A DNA stretch of 56,234 bases from an uncultured Planctomycetia bacterium (GTDB lineage Bacteria > Omnitrophota > Gorgyraeia > JABMRG01 > JAFGKX01), in contig CAZMYR010000008.1 in NCBI GenBank assembly GCA_964570585.1, positions 1-56,234 of the forward strand. The letters run 5' to 3'. Numbering within the stretch: position 1 is the first letter of the stretch; each line of letters begins with the position of its first letter. The notes below the pieces were generated by a model. The model did no database searches. It was not told the DNA's origin and saw only the letters and a program-made list of their open reading frames with translations. This document shows, piece after piece, positions 1 through 9,745 of the stretch. A program made the translations under genes and the position numbers.

Positions 1-372
1 CGAAGGCGAGGAACAATGGTCAACCTCTAATACAAAATTCGCTCTTCTCTGGCCCCAGAATGTCCTGTAATGTAAGGGGTCAGAGACAATAGAGCCTTTT
101 ATGTATATTTTTGCTATGGTCTTATCTATCTGATTTGCTATATGATTGGAAGGAATAAAGGTAGAATTATAAAGATGAGCTGCGCCTAAAAATATTACTG
201 AAATCAGGATAGAAATTGTAAAAATCTTCCTGCTGCGACAATGGATAATAATGGAAAATATGATAGCGATAGCGGCGATTAATAGGGTGAGGGGAATAGA
301 AATTTCTATAAAAGAGGCGAGTAATATTCCGCAGGCAAGGCAAATAAAAGCTGCCAGAAGCGGTCTATTCAT
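1..372 (-). CDS. comEC: ComEC/Rec2 family competence protein, N-terminal part (runs off window; not in ORF track)
   Basis: Manual translation from ATG at 372: MNRPLLAAFICLACGILLASF... hydrophobic helices, then an OB-like IKGSIVSDP segment; open to position 1; overlaps the comEA stop. Confidence 0.75.
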   Translation of the reverse strand, partial: MNRPLLAAFICLACGILLASFIEISIPLTLLIAAIAIIFSIIIHCRSRKIFTISILISVIFLGAAHLYNSTFIPSNHIANQIDKTIAKIYIKGSIVSDPLHYRTFWGQRRANFVLEVDHCSSPS

Positions 373-727
373 CTTCAATTGTTATGAAATCTTTTATGCG
401 TTCGTACTTAGCCTTTCCTATCCCGGGAACCTTGGTAATCTCTTCGGGAAAACTAAAAAAGGCGTTTTCTTGTCGGTAGGCTACAATGTTTTTAGCAAGG
501 ACCGGGCCTATTCCTGACAATCGAGTAAGTTCTTCTGCGTCGGATGTATTTATATTTACCAAGCGTCCGGATAAGATTTTACTCTCAAGGTGTGCAGATT
601 CTTTTGCAATAGAGGAAGGGACAATTCTTATTTCCGGAAGATGGGCCTTTTTATAAAAGGAGACACTCAATCCAACAACAACGCATCCTAATAAAAAGAT
701 TATTATTAATCGCTCTTGCCTGCTCAT
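365..727 (-). CDS. comEA: ComEA family helix-hairpin-helix DNA-binding protein
   Basis: N-terminal TM anchor, VNINT..EEL..LSGIGP and VPGIGKAK HhH motifs; directly upstream of comEC. Confidence 0.85.
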   Translation of the reverse strand: MSRQERLIIIFLLGCVVVGLSVSFYKKAHLPEIRIVPSSIAKESAHLESKILSGRLVNINTSDAEELTRLSGIGPVLAKNIVAYRQENAFFSFPEEITKVPGIGKAKYERIKDFITIEDE

Positions 728-736
728 GTAACGGTG

Positions 737-2029
737 CTATTCTTTTGCAGCCTCAATCAGCAACGGCATTATCCCGATGCCGTTTATTGTACCGATAGAA
801 CCTTTCTTAGAATTTGATTCAGAAAAATTTTGCATTCCATCGGATTTTTTCGCATCTTTTATCAGCATAAACGGCACAGGGTCATCAGTATGGGCCTTCG
901 TCATGCAGGGGGTGGAATGGTCAGCGGTAACGGCGATTACCACATCTTCAAGATTAATATCAGGAATTAGTTTACCAAAGAAAAACTTATCGATAGCCTC
1001 TATGGAAGCTATTTTTCCTTTTATATCTCCGTCATGGGCTGGTTCATCAGGTCCTTTGATATGGATATAAAGTCCATCGTAGATTTTGATTGCCCGTTTA
1101 ACTTTTTTAGCACGCAGGATGTAATCTTTCTCTATATTGCCGGAAGGCGGGGGTATATCAACTACTTCCATCCCTGTTAAAAGGGCTATCCCTTTTTCAA
1201 CGGGCATCTCCACAAAGCAACCAAAACGCAGATTATAAAGCTCGCCTATCTTTGGAAATTTAGGAAGGTTACTCCCTGCGTCTCTGGAAAGTATAACATT
1301 TGCAGGCAGTTTGCCTTTATCAATCCTTTTTTTATTTACCTGAGAATTATTGAGCACAACTCTCGATTTTTCGGTAAATTCATTTATAAGCTCAGCGCTT
1401 AAATAACAAGTGGGGTCATTCTCTTTCCCTTCAACAGGCCTTGCTTTACCTAATACTTTTTCAAATTTAGGTAGGGCTATGCCAAAGGCGCCCTCTTTAG
1501 CATAAGCAGGATCTGTATTTGTTATATCGCCAGAAAGAATCCTATTCTTGCCTGCATAAATAACTAAAACTCCTCTATGTCCTATTGTATTTTTAAATAT
1601 AAAAGAGGCCGATTCTTTAAGCTTAACGTTGTTATTTATCTCATAAGATAATGCTGCTGCTTCTTCTGTAGATAGGTTGCGCCCGACTCTCCTATCCTTT
1701 ATCCTATCAGAGGACTCATCCTCCATTGTGGCAAAGTTAACCCTGAAAGCTAAATCCCCATCTTCGACCTTCAGGCCCTCTGCGTAAGATTCTAACGGGC
1801 CTCTGCCGGTGTAATATTTATGGGCGTCGTAGCCGAGAATGCTTATTACTGCAATATCTGACTCCGGAGCAATACCTTTACCAACTGTATATACACAACC
1901 CATCCTCGCTTTTTCCGCTAACATGTCCATATTAGGGGTAGCAGCTGCCTCAAGCGGGGTTTTGTTACCGATTTGAGGAATAGGCAAATCTCCCAAGCCA
2001 TCTAAAACGATATATAAAATCTTCTTCAT
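737..2029 (-). CDS. apgM: 2,3-bisphosphoglycerate-independent phosphoglycerate mutase (archaeal-type, AlkP superfamily)
   Basis: LDGLGD, KTPLEAAATPNMD, PESDIA, GPDEPAHDG, TADHSTP motifs. Confidence 0.9.
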   Translation of the reverse strand: MKKILYIVLDGLGDLPIPQIGNKTPLEAAATPNMDMLAEKARMGCVYTVGKGIAPESDIAVISILGYDAHKYYTGRGPLESYAEGLKVEDGDLAFRVNFATMEDESSDRIKDRRVGRNLSTEEAAALSYEINNNVKLKESASFIFKNTIGHRGVLVIYAGKNRILSGDITNTDPAYAKEGAFGIALPKFEKVLGKARPVEGKENDPTCYLSAELINEFTEKSRVVLNNSQVNKKRIDKGKLPANVILSRDAGSNLPKFPKIGELYNLRFGCFVEMPVEKGIALLTGMEVVDIPPPSGNIEKDYILRAKKVKRAIKIYDGLYIHIKGPDEPAHDGDIKGKIASIEAIDKFFFGKLIPDINLEDVVIAVTADHSTPCMTKAHTDDPVPFMLIKDAKKSDGMQNFSESNSKKGSIGTINGIGIMPLLIEAAKE

Positions 2030-2042
2030 TAAAATTTGGAAT

Positions 2043-2189
2043 TTATTTTCGTTTCTTTCTCGTTCTTAACTTTTTCTCATAACAAGAGGGGCAATTATAA
2101 ATAGCTTTAGCCAGAGTCTTATCATAGCCATCATCTATTACCACCCTTCTAACTTCCTTAGTCTCTTTGTGGCAGGTAGCGCATTTCAT
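2043..2189 (-). CDS. 48-aa CxxC...CxxC zinc-ribbon protein (not in ORF track)
   Basis: MKCATCHKETKEVRRVVIDDGYDKTLAKAIYNCPSCYEKKLRTRKKRK; AAAGGTG upstream of ATG; fills the gap before apgM. Confidence 0.7.
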   Translation of the reverse strand: MKCATCHKETKEVRRVVIDDGYDKTLAKAIYNCPSCYEKKLRTRKKRK

Positions 2190-2211
2190 CCGCACCTTTG
2201 TCCTTTTTCAT

Positions 2212-2260
2212 AAAAGAAAGGGCACAATCAAGCCTGCTTGACGGCAGTCAGGTGTGCCCT
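2212..2260 (-). terminator. Rho-independent terminator-like hairpin
   Basis: AGGGCACA...TGTGCCCT stem followed by TTCTTTT on the minus strand; the loop holds an imperfect CCTGACTGCCGTCAAGCAGG palindrome. Confidence 0.6.
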
Positions 2261-2297
2261 ACCAATTGTTAAAGGTGCCGTTCTTTTATTCCTTCTT

Positions 2298-2516
2298 TTA
2301 TTCCTTCTTTTCTTCCTTCTTTTCCTCTTTCTTAGCGGCGATTGAATCCTTTATCTCTGAGATGCCAGCTACCAAGGCAATCAGGCCGCCAAATACCAAA
2401 ATAGCCATTATAGAAAATTGAATGCCTAAAACCAAAGCTCTAGTCCACACAAAAAAGAGTATCACGCCAATAATTATTGCTGCTATTCCTCCAATTACAC
2501 TCAATACTTTACCCAT
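2298..2516 (-). CDS. Small two-TM membrane protein
   Basis: GGAGG RBS before MGKVLSV (start 2516); two hydrophobic helices and a KE-rich tail. Confidence 0.7.
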   Translation of the reverse strand: MGKVLSVIGGIAAIIIGVILFFVWTRALVLGIQFSIMAILVFGGLIALVAGISEIKDSIAAKKEEKKEEKKE

Positions 2517-2656
2517 TTTTCGCACCTCCAAATTTTTTGAAAAAAATTTTGTCCCGGGCATTACTAAAATCCGAACAAATGTGAGGATTTAATAATAGCG
2601 AGGAACCTCTCCACTCTTTAACCTGCCAAAGATTATAACAATCGCCTATCAAAAAA

Positions 2657-4021
2657 TCAAGCAAAATCTTTTGATAATCTTTTAGGCAGTGCCGTTGGAT
2701 ACTCACCGGTAAAACATGCCGTGCAAAATTCTTCTTTTGGCAATAACATAGATTCTAACATTCCCTCGAGGCTTAGGTATTTTAGGCTGTCTAAGCCGAT
2801 AAAATCCCTTACCCACTCCACAGAATGTCTGGATGCTATCAATTCTTTCTTTGTCGGAAAATCGATTCCGTAAAAGCATGGAAATCTCAACGGTGGACAG
2901 CTAACCCGCATATGGACTTCTTTTGCGCCAACTTCTCGCAATGTCTTCATCCTGGCCCTGCTTGTAGTCCCCCTCACAATAGAATCTTCTATAACAGCGA
3001 TACGTTTGCCCTTGATAACGTCTATTATAGGATTGAGTTTCACCCTCACTCTAAAATCTCTGACAAATTGCGAGGGATGAATAAAGGTCCTTCCTATGTA
3101 ATGATTTCTTATCATCCCCATCTCATAAGGAAGTTTTGATTCTTGTGCAAAACCAACTGCCGCATACGCACCTGAATCAAGGATAGGCATAGCAAAATCA
3201 CACTTCGCTGGGCATTCATAGGCAAGTTGTCTGCCTAAACGCTTGCGGGTTAAGTACACATTCCTGCTGAATATATTGCTGTCCGGCCTTGCAAAATAGA
3301 TATATTCAAAGATGCAAAATGAATGCGCCCTTTTGCGGAAAGGCTTAACAGAATTTAATCCATTTTTATTGATAAATACAATCTCGCCGGGGGCAATATC
3401 TCTCACGTATCTGGCGTGGACTAAATCCAGAGCGCAGGTCTCGCTCGCTAAAACATATGCTCCGTCAAGTTTGCCTAAACATAGAGGCCTAAATCCATGA
3501 GGATCTCGGGCCCCAATCAACGTATCGTTTATCATTATAGCCAATGAATAAGCGCCTTCAAGCTGCGACAGCGCTTCAACAACACTTTCTTTTATATCTC
3601 CTTTTTTAGATTTAGCTATAAGGTGAACTATGATTTCAGAATCCATCGTTGCCTTAAAAACACAACCTTCCTTCTTCATTGCCCGGCGTAACTCTAATGT
3701 ATTGGTAAGATTACCGTTATGAGAAAGAACAATATCGCCTTTTTTATGACTTAACAAAAACGGCTGTATATTCTTTTCCTGACTTGCGCCGGTGGTCGAA
3801 TAACGGACATGGCCGACACCTACGTTACCGCGCAAAGACCTGATAGCACTTTCATCAAAGACATCGCCGACTAAGCCCATACCTTTATGGCATCCCGTCT
3901 TTTTCCTGTTTCGGACAACTATTCCTGCGCTTTCTTCGCCACGATGTTGAAGCGCATATAGCCCCAGATGGGTAAGCCTGGCAGCCTCTTTATGACCATA
4001 TATTCCGAATATTCCGCACAT
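2657..4021 (-). CDS. purF: Amidophosphoribosyltransferase
   Basis: N-terminal MCGIFG nucleophile, QHRGEESAG, HVRYSTTG, EDSIVRGTT, CTACFTG. Confidence 0.97.
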   Translation of the reverse strand: MCGIFGIYGHKEAARLTHLGLYALQHRGEESAGIVVRNRKKTGCHKGMGLVGDVFDESAIRSLRGNVGVGHVRYSTTGASQEKNIQPFLLSHKKGDIVLSHNGNLTNTLELRRAMKKEGCVFKATMDSEIIVHLIAKSKKGDIKESVVEALSQLEGAYSLAIMINDTLIGARDPHGFRPLCLGKLDGAYVLASETCALDLVHARYVRDIAPGEIVFINKNGLNSVKPFRKRAHSFCIFEYIYFARPDSNIFSRNVYLTRKRLGRQLAYECPAKCDFAMPILDSGAYAAVGFAQESKLPYEMGMIRNHYIGRTFIHPSQFVRDFRVRVKLNPIIDVIKGKRIAVIEDSIVRGTTSRARMKTLREVGAKEVHMRVSCPPLRFPCFYGIDFPTKKELIASRHSVEWVRDFIGLDSLKYLSLEGMLESMLLPKEEFCTACFTGEYPTALPKRLSKDFA

Positions 4022-4030
4022 GATTAGTCG

Positions 4031-5842
4031 TTAGTTTTGAATTTTGAATTTTTTTAGATAAACCATCAAAATAGTGATTGCTGCCGGAGTAATGCCGGAT
4101 ATCCTGCTTGCCTGGCCTAGGTTCAGCGGTTTAAATTGCGAAAGTTTTTCTATAATCTCTAAAGAAAGCGCAGGGACTTTATTATAATCTAAATCATAAG
4201 GCAACTTTATCTTTTCTAAGTTCTTAAAACTTCTTACCTCGGATAGCTGCCTTTGGATAAAACCTGAATATTTTACTTCAATCTCGACTTCGCGAAACAC
4301 ATCATGACAATAATCTGACGGCAGATTCCTCTTTATATCCTCAATCTTAATCTCCGGCCTTTTGAGAAGCTGATAAAGGCTCATCATTTTACCGTTCTGT
4401 GAAATTTTGCTTTGCTTAAGATAATTTATACCCTGTTCAATCTTTGTCTGTTTGTCCAGGGTTTGTTCATGTTGGTGCTTATCTACCAATCCTATCTTGT
4501 AACCGATTTTGCGCAGACGTAAATCGGCATTGTCTTCACGCAAGATAAGTCTGTATTCAACTCGCGAGGTAAACATGCGATAGGGTTCATTTGTCCCTTT
4601 GGTTATTAAATCGTCGATTAAAACCCCGATATAACTTGTAGCTCTATCCAGAATCAAAGGCGGTTTATTCTTTACTCTTAAGGCAGCATTTATCCCTGCA
4701 ATTAACCCTTGAGCTGCTGCTTCTTCATAACCGGTGGTTCCGTTTATCTGGCCAGCTAAATATAAGTTGCGGACCAGTTTGCTCTCTAATGTCGGATATT
4801 CTTGGGTCGAATCTATCACATCATATTCTATTCCATAACCTGCCCGTTTAACTTTGACGTTTTCTAAACCGGGAATGGAATGAATAAAATCTACCTGTAC
4901 ATCTTCTGACAAAGCGGTGAAAAGCCCATTTGGATAATATTCATCTGTGTCTATGCCTTCAGGCTCTAAAAATATCTGATGTCTTTCATGATGGGGAAAT
5001 TTAACTATCTTGTCTTCAAGCGAAGGGCAATAGCGAACACTCGGGCTTTTAACCTTTCCGCTATAAAATGGGGTGTGGTTTAAATTGTTGCGAATGATGC
5101 TATGGGTTTTAGAATTGGTATAAGTAATATAGCACGGAACCTGTTTTATATCAAGGTGGTTTGTGGAAAAGGAAAAGGCTAAAGGCGGCTCATCCCCATT
5201 TTGTATCTGCATACGGGAAAAATCGATTGTTTTACCATCCAGCCGGGCGCTGGTACAGGTATTAAAACGCAATATGCGGAATCCTAAATCTCTTAAGGAA
5301 TTAGAGAATGCCTTGCTTGTCTTTTTCTCTTCAATTCTACCGCCGTCAAAACTTCTCATACCAATATAGATTAAACCATTTAGAAAAGTCCCAGGAGTTG
5401 CTATTACTGTTTTTGCTGATATTATCCGGCCTTTCTCAGTTTCTACCCCTTTAACTGTCTTTTCTTTAACTATTAATCTTACCGCTTCCCCTTCAATAAC
5501 TCCTAGATTCTTCTCATTTCTTACTACATGCTGCATATACAAAGAGTATCTTTTCCTATCCGCCTGTGCCCTGGATGACCAAACCGCAGGTCCTTTTGAG
5601 GTATTTAAGGTTCTGAATTGTATTCCGCAAGTATCTGTCGCCCGAGCCATTTCGCCGCCCAAGGCGTCAATCTCTTTAACTAACTGTCCTTTGCCTACTC
5701 CGCCAATTGCCGGATTGCAAGACATAAAACCAATTTTATCCAGGCTCAAGGTAATTAACAGGGTATGGCAGCCAATACGAGCACAAGCTAAAGCAGCTTC
5801 ACAACCTGCGTGCCCGCCGCCAACAACAATAACATCATACAT
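4031..5842 (-). CDS. mnmG: tRNA uridine-5-carboxymethylaminomethyl(34) synthesis enzyme MnmG (GidA); start taken at MYDVIV
   Basis: GGGHAGCEAA, MSCNPAIGG, RYCPSLEDK, GQINGTTGYEEAAAQG, MFTSRVEYRL, ASRISGITPA. Confidence 0.93.
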   Translation of the reverse strand: MYDVIVVGGGHAGCEAALACARIGCHTLLITLSLDKIGFMSCNPAIGGVGKGQLVKEIDALGGEMARATDTCGIQFRTLNTSKGPAVWSSRAQADRKRYSLYMQHVVRNEKNLGVIEGEAVRLIVKEKTVKGVETEKGRIISAKTVIATPGTFLNGLIYIGMRSFDGGRIEEKKTSKAFSNSLRDLGFRILRFNTCTSARLDGKTIDFSRMQIQNGDEPPLAFSFSTNHLDIKQVPCYITYTNSKTHSIIRNNLNHTPFYSGKVKSPSVRYCPSLEDKIVKFPHHERHQIFLEPEGIDTDEYYPNGLFTALSEDVQVDFIHSIPGLENVKVKRAGYGIEYDVIDSTQEYPTLESKLVRNLYLAGQINGTTGYEEAAAQGLIAGINAALRVKNKPPLILDRATSYIGVLIDDLITKGTNEPYRMFTSRVEYRLILREDNADLRLRKIGYKIGLVDKHQHEQTLDKQTKIEQGINYLKQSKISQNGKMMSLYQLLKRPEIKIEDIKRNLPSDYCHDVFREVEIEVKYSGFIQRQLSEVRSFKNLEKIKLPYDLDYNKVPALSLEIIEKLSQFKPLNLGQASRISGITPAAITILMVYLKKFKIQN

Positions 5843-5867
5843 CGTATTTAGGGACGTTCCCGGTTTC

Positions 5868-5925
5868 AAAGGGGAAAGTGTCCCCTTAATCGATTCTTTA
5901 CGCTTTGGGGGACATTTTCCTCTTT
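5868..5925. repeat. REP-like inverted repeat, GGGGACA family, copy 1
   Basis: AAAGGGGAAAGTGTCCCC (5868-5885) and GGGGACATTTTCCTCTTT (5908-5925); the left arm is 17/18 identical to 29798-29815. Confidence 0.7.
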
Positions 5926-5946
5926 GGTTTCAGAAACGTTCCTTTC

Positions 5947-7659
5947 CTAAGTTAAGGCTTTTAAAAGCTCAGTTGCGGGAAGGGTGTTAAGAATGTCTTT
6001 TTTGGTGAGCCAAGCTCGACGAGCTACTGAAACCGCAAAGCGCATATAATTAAGCTGCTCTAAGATATGGGCATCTGTAATTAAGACCAATTTTATTCCC
6101 ATCTTTGATGCTGCCATTGAGTTAACATCATCCAAATCCAGTCTTTGCGGATTGCCGTTTATCTCTATAGCTGTATTTGTTTCTTTAGCGTGTTTTAAGA
6201 CCGCCGGAATATCCACAGCATAAGGCTCTCTTGTGTTCAACAATCTGCCTGTCGGGTGAGCTAATACATCAGCATATTTATTATCCATGGCCTTAAGAAT
6301 CCTTTTAGTAATAAGCTCCTTAGATTGCTTAAAGCCGGTATGTACAGCAGCAAATACCACATCCAAATCTTTTAATACATCGTCGGAATAATCAAGGCTG
6401 CCATCCGAAAGTATATCAACTTCTGTGCCCTTTAAAACCTTAAGACCTTTCATCTTTTTATTTATTGCGTCAATCTCTTTATTTCTTTTGGCCAGATCTT
6501 TCTCGGACAATCCTCCTGCGACCTTAAGTGATTTTGAATGGTCACATATAGCCGCATATTCATAGCCTAAGTTTTTGCAAAATCGGGCTATCTCTTCGAT
6601 TGAATAAGAGCCGTCGCTCCATTCAGAATGCACGTGTAAATCCCCTTTTATATCTTTTAGTTGAACAAGGCTGGGTAATTTATTATTCATAGATGCCTCA
6701 ATCTCACCTTTGTCTTCTCGCAATTCAGGGGGTATTAGCTTAAGTCCGACTGAACTATAGACTTCTTCTTCGGTCTTTCCGCCAATCTTTTTATTTCCTC
6801 TTTGTTCAAATACGCCGTATTCATTGAGCTTTAATTTATTCTTTATCGCAAGTTCTCTTAAATGTATATTATGAGCCTTTGAGCCGGTAAAATAGCAAAG
6901 TGCAGCGCCATAAGATTCAGGGCTAACCACGCGCAGGTCGATCTGAATATTGTCCTTTGTCAATATAGAAGATTTAGTCTCGCCGTGAGCCAGAACCCTG
7001 CTGACTTGAGGCATATTTAGGAATGTATCCATTACATCTTTCGGTTTTTTAGAGGCGATGAGTATATCGAGATCTCTTATAGTCTCTCTCATTCTGCGGG
7101 TTGAGCCTGCCGGGCTTATCTTTTCTACAGATTTTTTATTCTTTAGATAATTTATTACAGATTCTACAATGGGAACTGCTTCGCCAAGCAGCATCCTTTC
7201 GGTGCTTTTCTCTAAGATTTTTATGCCTTCTAATATATTCTGCTCTGTCTTTTCTTTCAAATGGGGCAGCTTGCTAAGTTTATGAAGCTTTGCATATCTT
7301 TTTAATTTTTTAATGCTGTCTACTTTAAGCTCATCGTATAAAAGCTTGGCTGTTTTAGGGCCCACCCCCGAAACAGCCATAACCCCCAAAAGTCCCTTTG
7401 GAATGGATTTCTTTAGTTTCTGGTATGCTTTGAGAGAATCTGTTTTTAATATCTCGTTTATCTTTTCTGCTAAATCCTTTCCTATCCCCGGCAAAGTAGT
7501 AAGGGTATCATCTTTGGCATATTTGCGGACATCTTCGCTCATAGACCGCAGATTAACAGCTGCTTTACGATATGCCCTTATTTTAAAGGGATTCTCTCCC
7601 TGAAACTCAAGAATATCCGCTATATCTTCAAATATATCCGCTATCTTCTGGTTACTCAT
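5947..7659 (-). CDS. polX: DNA polymerase/3'-5' exonuclease PolX (PolX core plus PHP domain)
   Basis: NPFKIRAYRKAA, AGSTRR.RETIRDLD, YFTGSKAHN, GDLHVHSEWSDG, TDAH. Confidence 0.95.
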   Translation of the reverse strand: MSNQKIADIFEDIADILEFQGENPFKIRAYRKAAVNLRSMSEDVRKYAKDDTLTTLPGIGKDLAEKINEILKTDSLKAYQKLKKSIPKGLLGVMAVSGVGPKTAKLLYDELKVDSIKKLKRYAKLHKLSKLPHLKEKTEQNILEGIKILEKSTERMLLGEAVPIVESVINYLKNKKSVEKISPAGSTRRMRETIRDLDILIASKKPKDVMDTFLNMPQVSRVLAHGETKSSILTKDNIQIDLRVVSPESYGAALCYFTGSKAHNIHLRELAIKNKLKLNEYGVFEQRGNKKIGGKTEEEVYSSVGLKLIPPELREDKGEIEASMNNKLPSLVQLKDIKGDLHVHSEWSDGSYSIEEIARFCKNLGYEYAAICDHSKSLKVAGGLSEKDLAKRNKEIDAINKKMKGLKVLKGTEVDILSDGSLDYSDDVLKDLDVVFAAVHTGFKQSKELITKRILKAMDNKYADVLAHPTGRLLNTREPYAVDIPAVLKHAKETNTAIEINGNPQRLDLDDVNSMAASKMGIKLVLITDAHILEQLNYMRFAVSVARRAWLTKKDILNTLPATELLKALT

Positions 7660-7834
7660 CCACCTTTATCGCCTCTACTGGACAATCGCTTGCTACTTGT
7701 TTTACATCACACGATGATGTATCCTCAGATATAACCTTTGCTACGTCACCCTCAACTTTAAACACATTGGGGCAGGTGTTTTCACAAAGGCCACATCCTG
7801 TACATAATGATGCATCTACCGTAACTTTAGCCAT
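7652..7834 (-). CDS. Single-cluster ferredoxin
   Basis: CTGCGLC...CP and CPVEAI; GGAGG RBS before MAKVTV. Confidence 0.88.
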   Translation of the reverse strand: MAKVTVDASLCTGCGLCENTCPNVFKVEGDVAKVISEDTSSCDVKQVASDCPVEAIKVDE

Positions 7835-7846
7835 TTTCCACACCTC

Positions 7847-9067
7847 CTACAAATATATCACATCATCTTCATTATAAAGAGCCAAAGCCATAAGCATATG
7901 TTCCCTCATAAGCCTGGTTAGAAGAAAATTCCTCTTTATATGAGTTTTCCCATTATTAGCAAGCCTCTTTGCATATGCAGGGCTATGTAAAAGCTGCCTT
8001 ATCTGCATAGCCGCGCCTTCTATAGAATGGCAAAGTAACCCGCTGTATCTATGTTTTATCTGTAATGGTATTCCTCCGACAGCTGAGGCAACAACCGGTT
8101 TTTCCTTCCAGAGCGCTTCAGTTACAGTCAATGCAAATCCCTCTTTTATAGATTTTTGAATTATAACCGTACTCGCTCTTTGCAACGCATTAATATCCGT
8201 ATCGTTATGCTCAGGGGAAATAATAAGAGCATGAACATCCGGAACACCTTTTGCTCTTTCCATAACCTCTGCATATACCTTGTCTGTCTCAGGATCATCG
8301 GCTGCTCTATTGCCGGCCAATACCAATTGACAATCTATATATTTCTTTACCAGTTTAAATGCCTCTATTACGCCAATCGGGTCTTTTAGATAATCGTAAC
8401 GAGAGACCTGGCAGACTATGGGTTTGGTTTTGTCTATCCCATACTTCTCTAACACGCTATTAATTTCTCTCTGGCTTAAAGGCCTATTTTTATCACTTAA
8501 AGGGTCTATTGCGGGACAAACCAAAAACTGTGGTATATTCAAAGGCCTGGTAAATTTAGGGCTGGAAAATACAGAGGCATCGTATCTTTCTATAAATTGC
8601 AGCAAAAATCCCCACACCCTTTCATTTGGAACAGACACATCGATATGACATCGCCATATCCATTTTTCTCGATTTCTTTTTTCTATCAAGAATGCCGGTT
8701 GGGGGTCATGTATATATACAATATCACCGCGTATATTTATCTTTTTTATGTTACGTTCGCTAGTCTGCATATAAGTCTCGAAATCTTCATCTGTTATATG
8801 CTCTTCCCTTCCATGCAAAGCATTATGGAATTTTTTGGTAACATTGAAGAATTTTTTATCTCCTTCTATGACATCCCAGCAAACATCGACGCCCATTTCT
8901 TTAAAAAGAGGGACGATGCAATTTAACATTTCTGCTACGCCGCCTCCTGCCCTGGTAGAGTTGATATATTGTATCTTTTTTCCTTTAAGCTTTCCCCCTA
9001 CCAGCTTAAGTTCATCTATTATGCTGCTGCTAACTATATCCGAATAGTTTTTTAGGGTTGGTTTCAT
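7847..9067 (-). CDS. treT: GT4 glycosyltransferase, trehalose synthase TreT-like
   Basis: NSTRAGGGVAEML, HNALHG, IHDPQP, WRCHID, SRYDYLKDP, EGFALTVTEALWK. Confidence 0.85.
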   Translation of the reverse strand: MKPTLKNYSDIVSSSIIDELKLVGGKLKGKKIQYINSTRAGGGVAEMLNCIVPLFKEMGVDVCWDVIEGDKKFFNVTKKFHNALHGREEHITDEDFETYMQTSERNIKKINIRGDIVYIHDPQPAFLIEKRNREKWIWRCHIDVSVPNERVWGFLLQFIERYDASVFSSPKFTRPLNIPQFLVCPAIDPLSDKNRPLSQREINSVLEKYGIDKTKPIVCQVSRYDYLKDPIGVIEAFKLVKKYIDCQLVLAGNRAADDPETDKVYAEVMERAKGVPDVHALIISPEHNDTDINALQRASTVIIQKSIKEGFALTVTEALWKEKPVVASAVGGIPLQIKHRYSGLLCHSIEGAAMQIRQLLHSPAYAKRLANNGKTHIKRNFLLTRLMREHMLMALALYNEDDVIYL

Positions 9068-9078
9068 GTCTCTTTAAT

Positions 9079-9744
9079 TTAATCCATATTCCATTCAGGG
9101 CTATTCTTGATCATCTCTATTATCTTATCTCTTAATCCGACCAATGTATAAGTATAAGGGTCTAATTTATCTATTTTCTCCGCTAATTCGGGAAAATTCA
9201 AATCGAGCGTTATCCAATTTGAAAAATCATTTACGGCTTTTTCAAATTTTAACCTGGCGGCAAATATATGAAAATGTAAAGAATAAAGGGTTATTTTCTT
9301 GAGCGCTTCTACAAATTCGGCGAGATCATTCGCTCTATAAGGGATAGTAAAAACAAAACTGCGCGATTTGGTAAAATCAAACTCCTTTCCCGGCACAGCA
9401 CTTCTTATTTCTTGTATATCAAATAGATGGCCTTCGATAACCTCTATTATCTTCTCTCGTAATGCTCGAATAGTGTAATATTGGGATATATCTATGCTGC
9501 CTAATTTTTCTCCTAATACTTCGTCTCCGATAGTGTGAGTAACCCAATAGGCAAAAGCATTGGGCGGCTCGGGCGATGCAAATTGATGTTGCTGTAAAAA
9601 TACGTGGGTATGATAATATATTACAGAACCGGGGGCATCCTTTATGATATTTACCAGTTCTCTCAGGTTGCGCGCTTTGAGTCCTGTCGACTCCCTTAAT
9701 TCTACGTGGGAGTAAAAAGAGAATGGGACTTTTGCTTTCCTCAT
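9079..9744 (-). CDS. DUF5752 family protein (usual TreT partner)
   Basis: Duplicated YYH/HFH...NAFAYW/NDFSNW repeat; start at MRKAK directly after the upstream stop. Confidence 0.75.
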   Translation of the reverse strand: MRKAKVPFSFYSHVELRESTGLKARNLRELVNIIKDAPGSVIYYHTHVFLQQHQFASPEPPNAFAYWVTHTIGDEVLGEKLGSIDISQYYTIRALREKIIEVIEGHLFDIQEIRSAVPGKEFDFTKSRSFVFTIPYRANDLAEFVEALKKITLYSLHFHIFAARLKFEKAVNDFSNWITLDLNFPELAEKIDKLDPYTYTLVGLRDKIIEMIKNSPEWNMD

Positions 9745-9745
9745 A

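Noticed and set aside
2212-2290. Riboswitch (e.g. ZTP near purF)
   Set aside because: It lies downstream of purF, lacks recognisable aptamer consensus, and is explained as a terminator containing a short palindrome.
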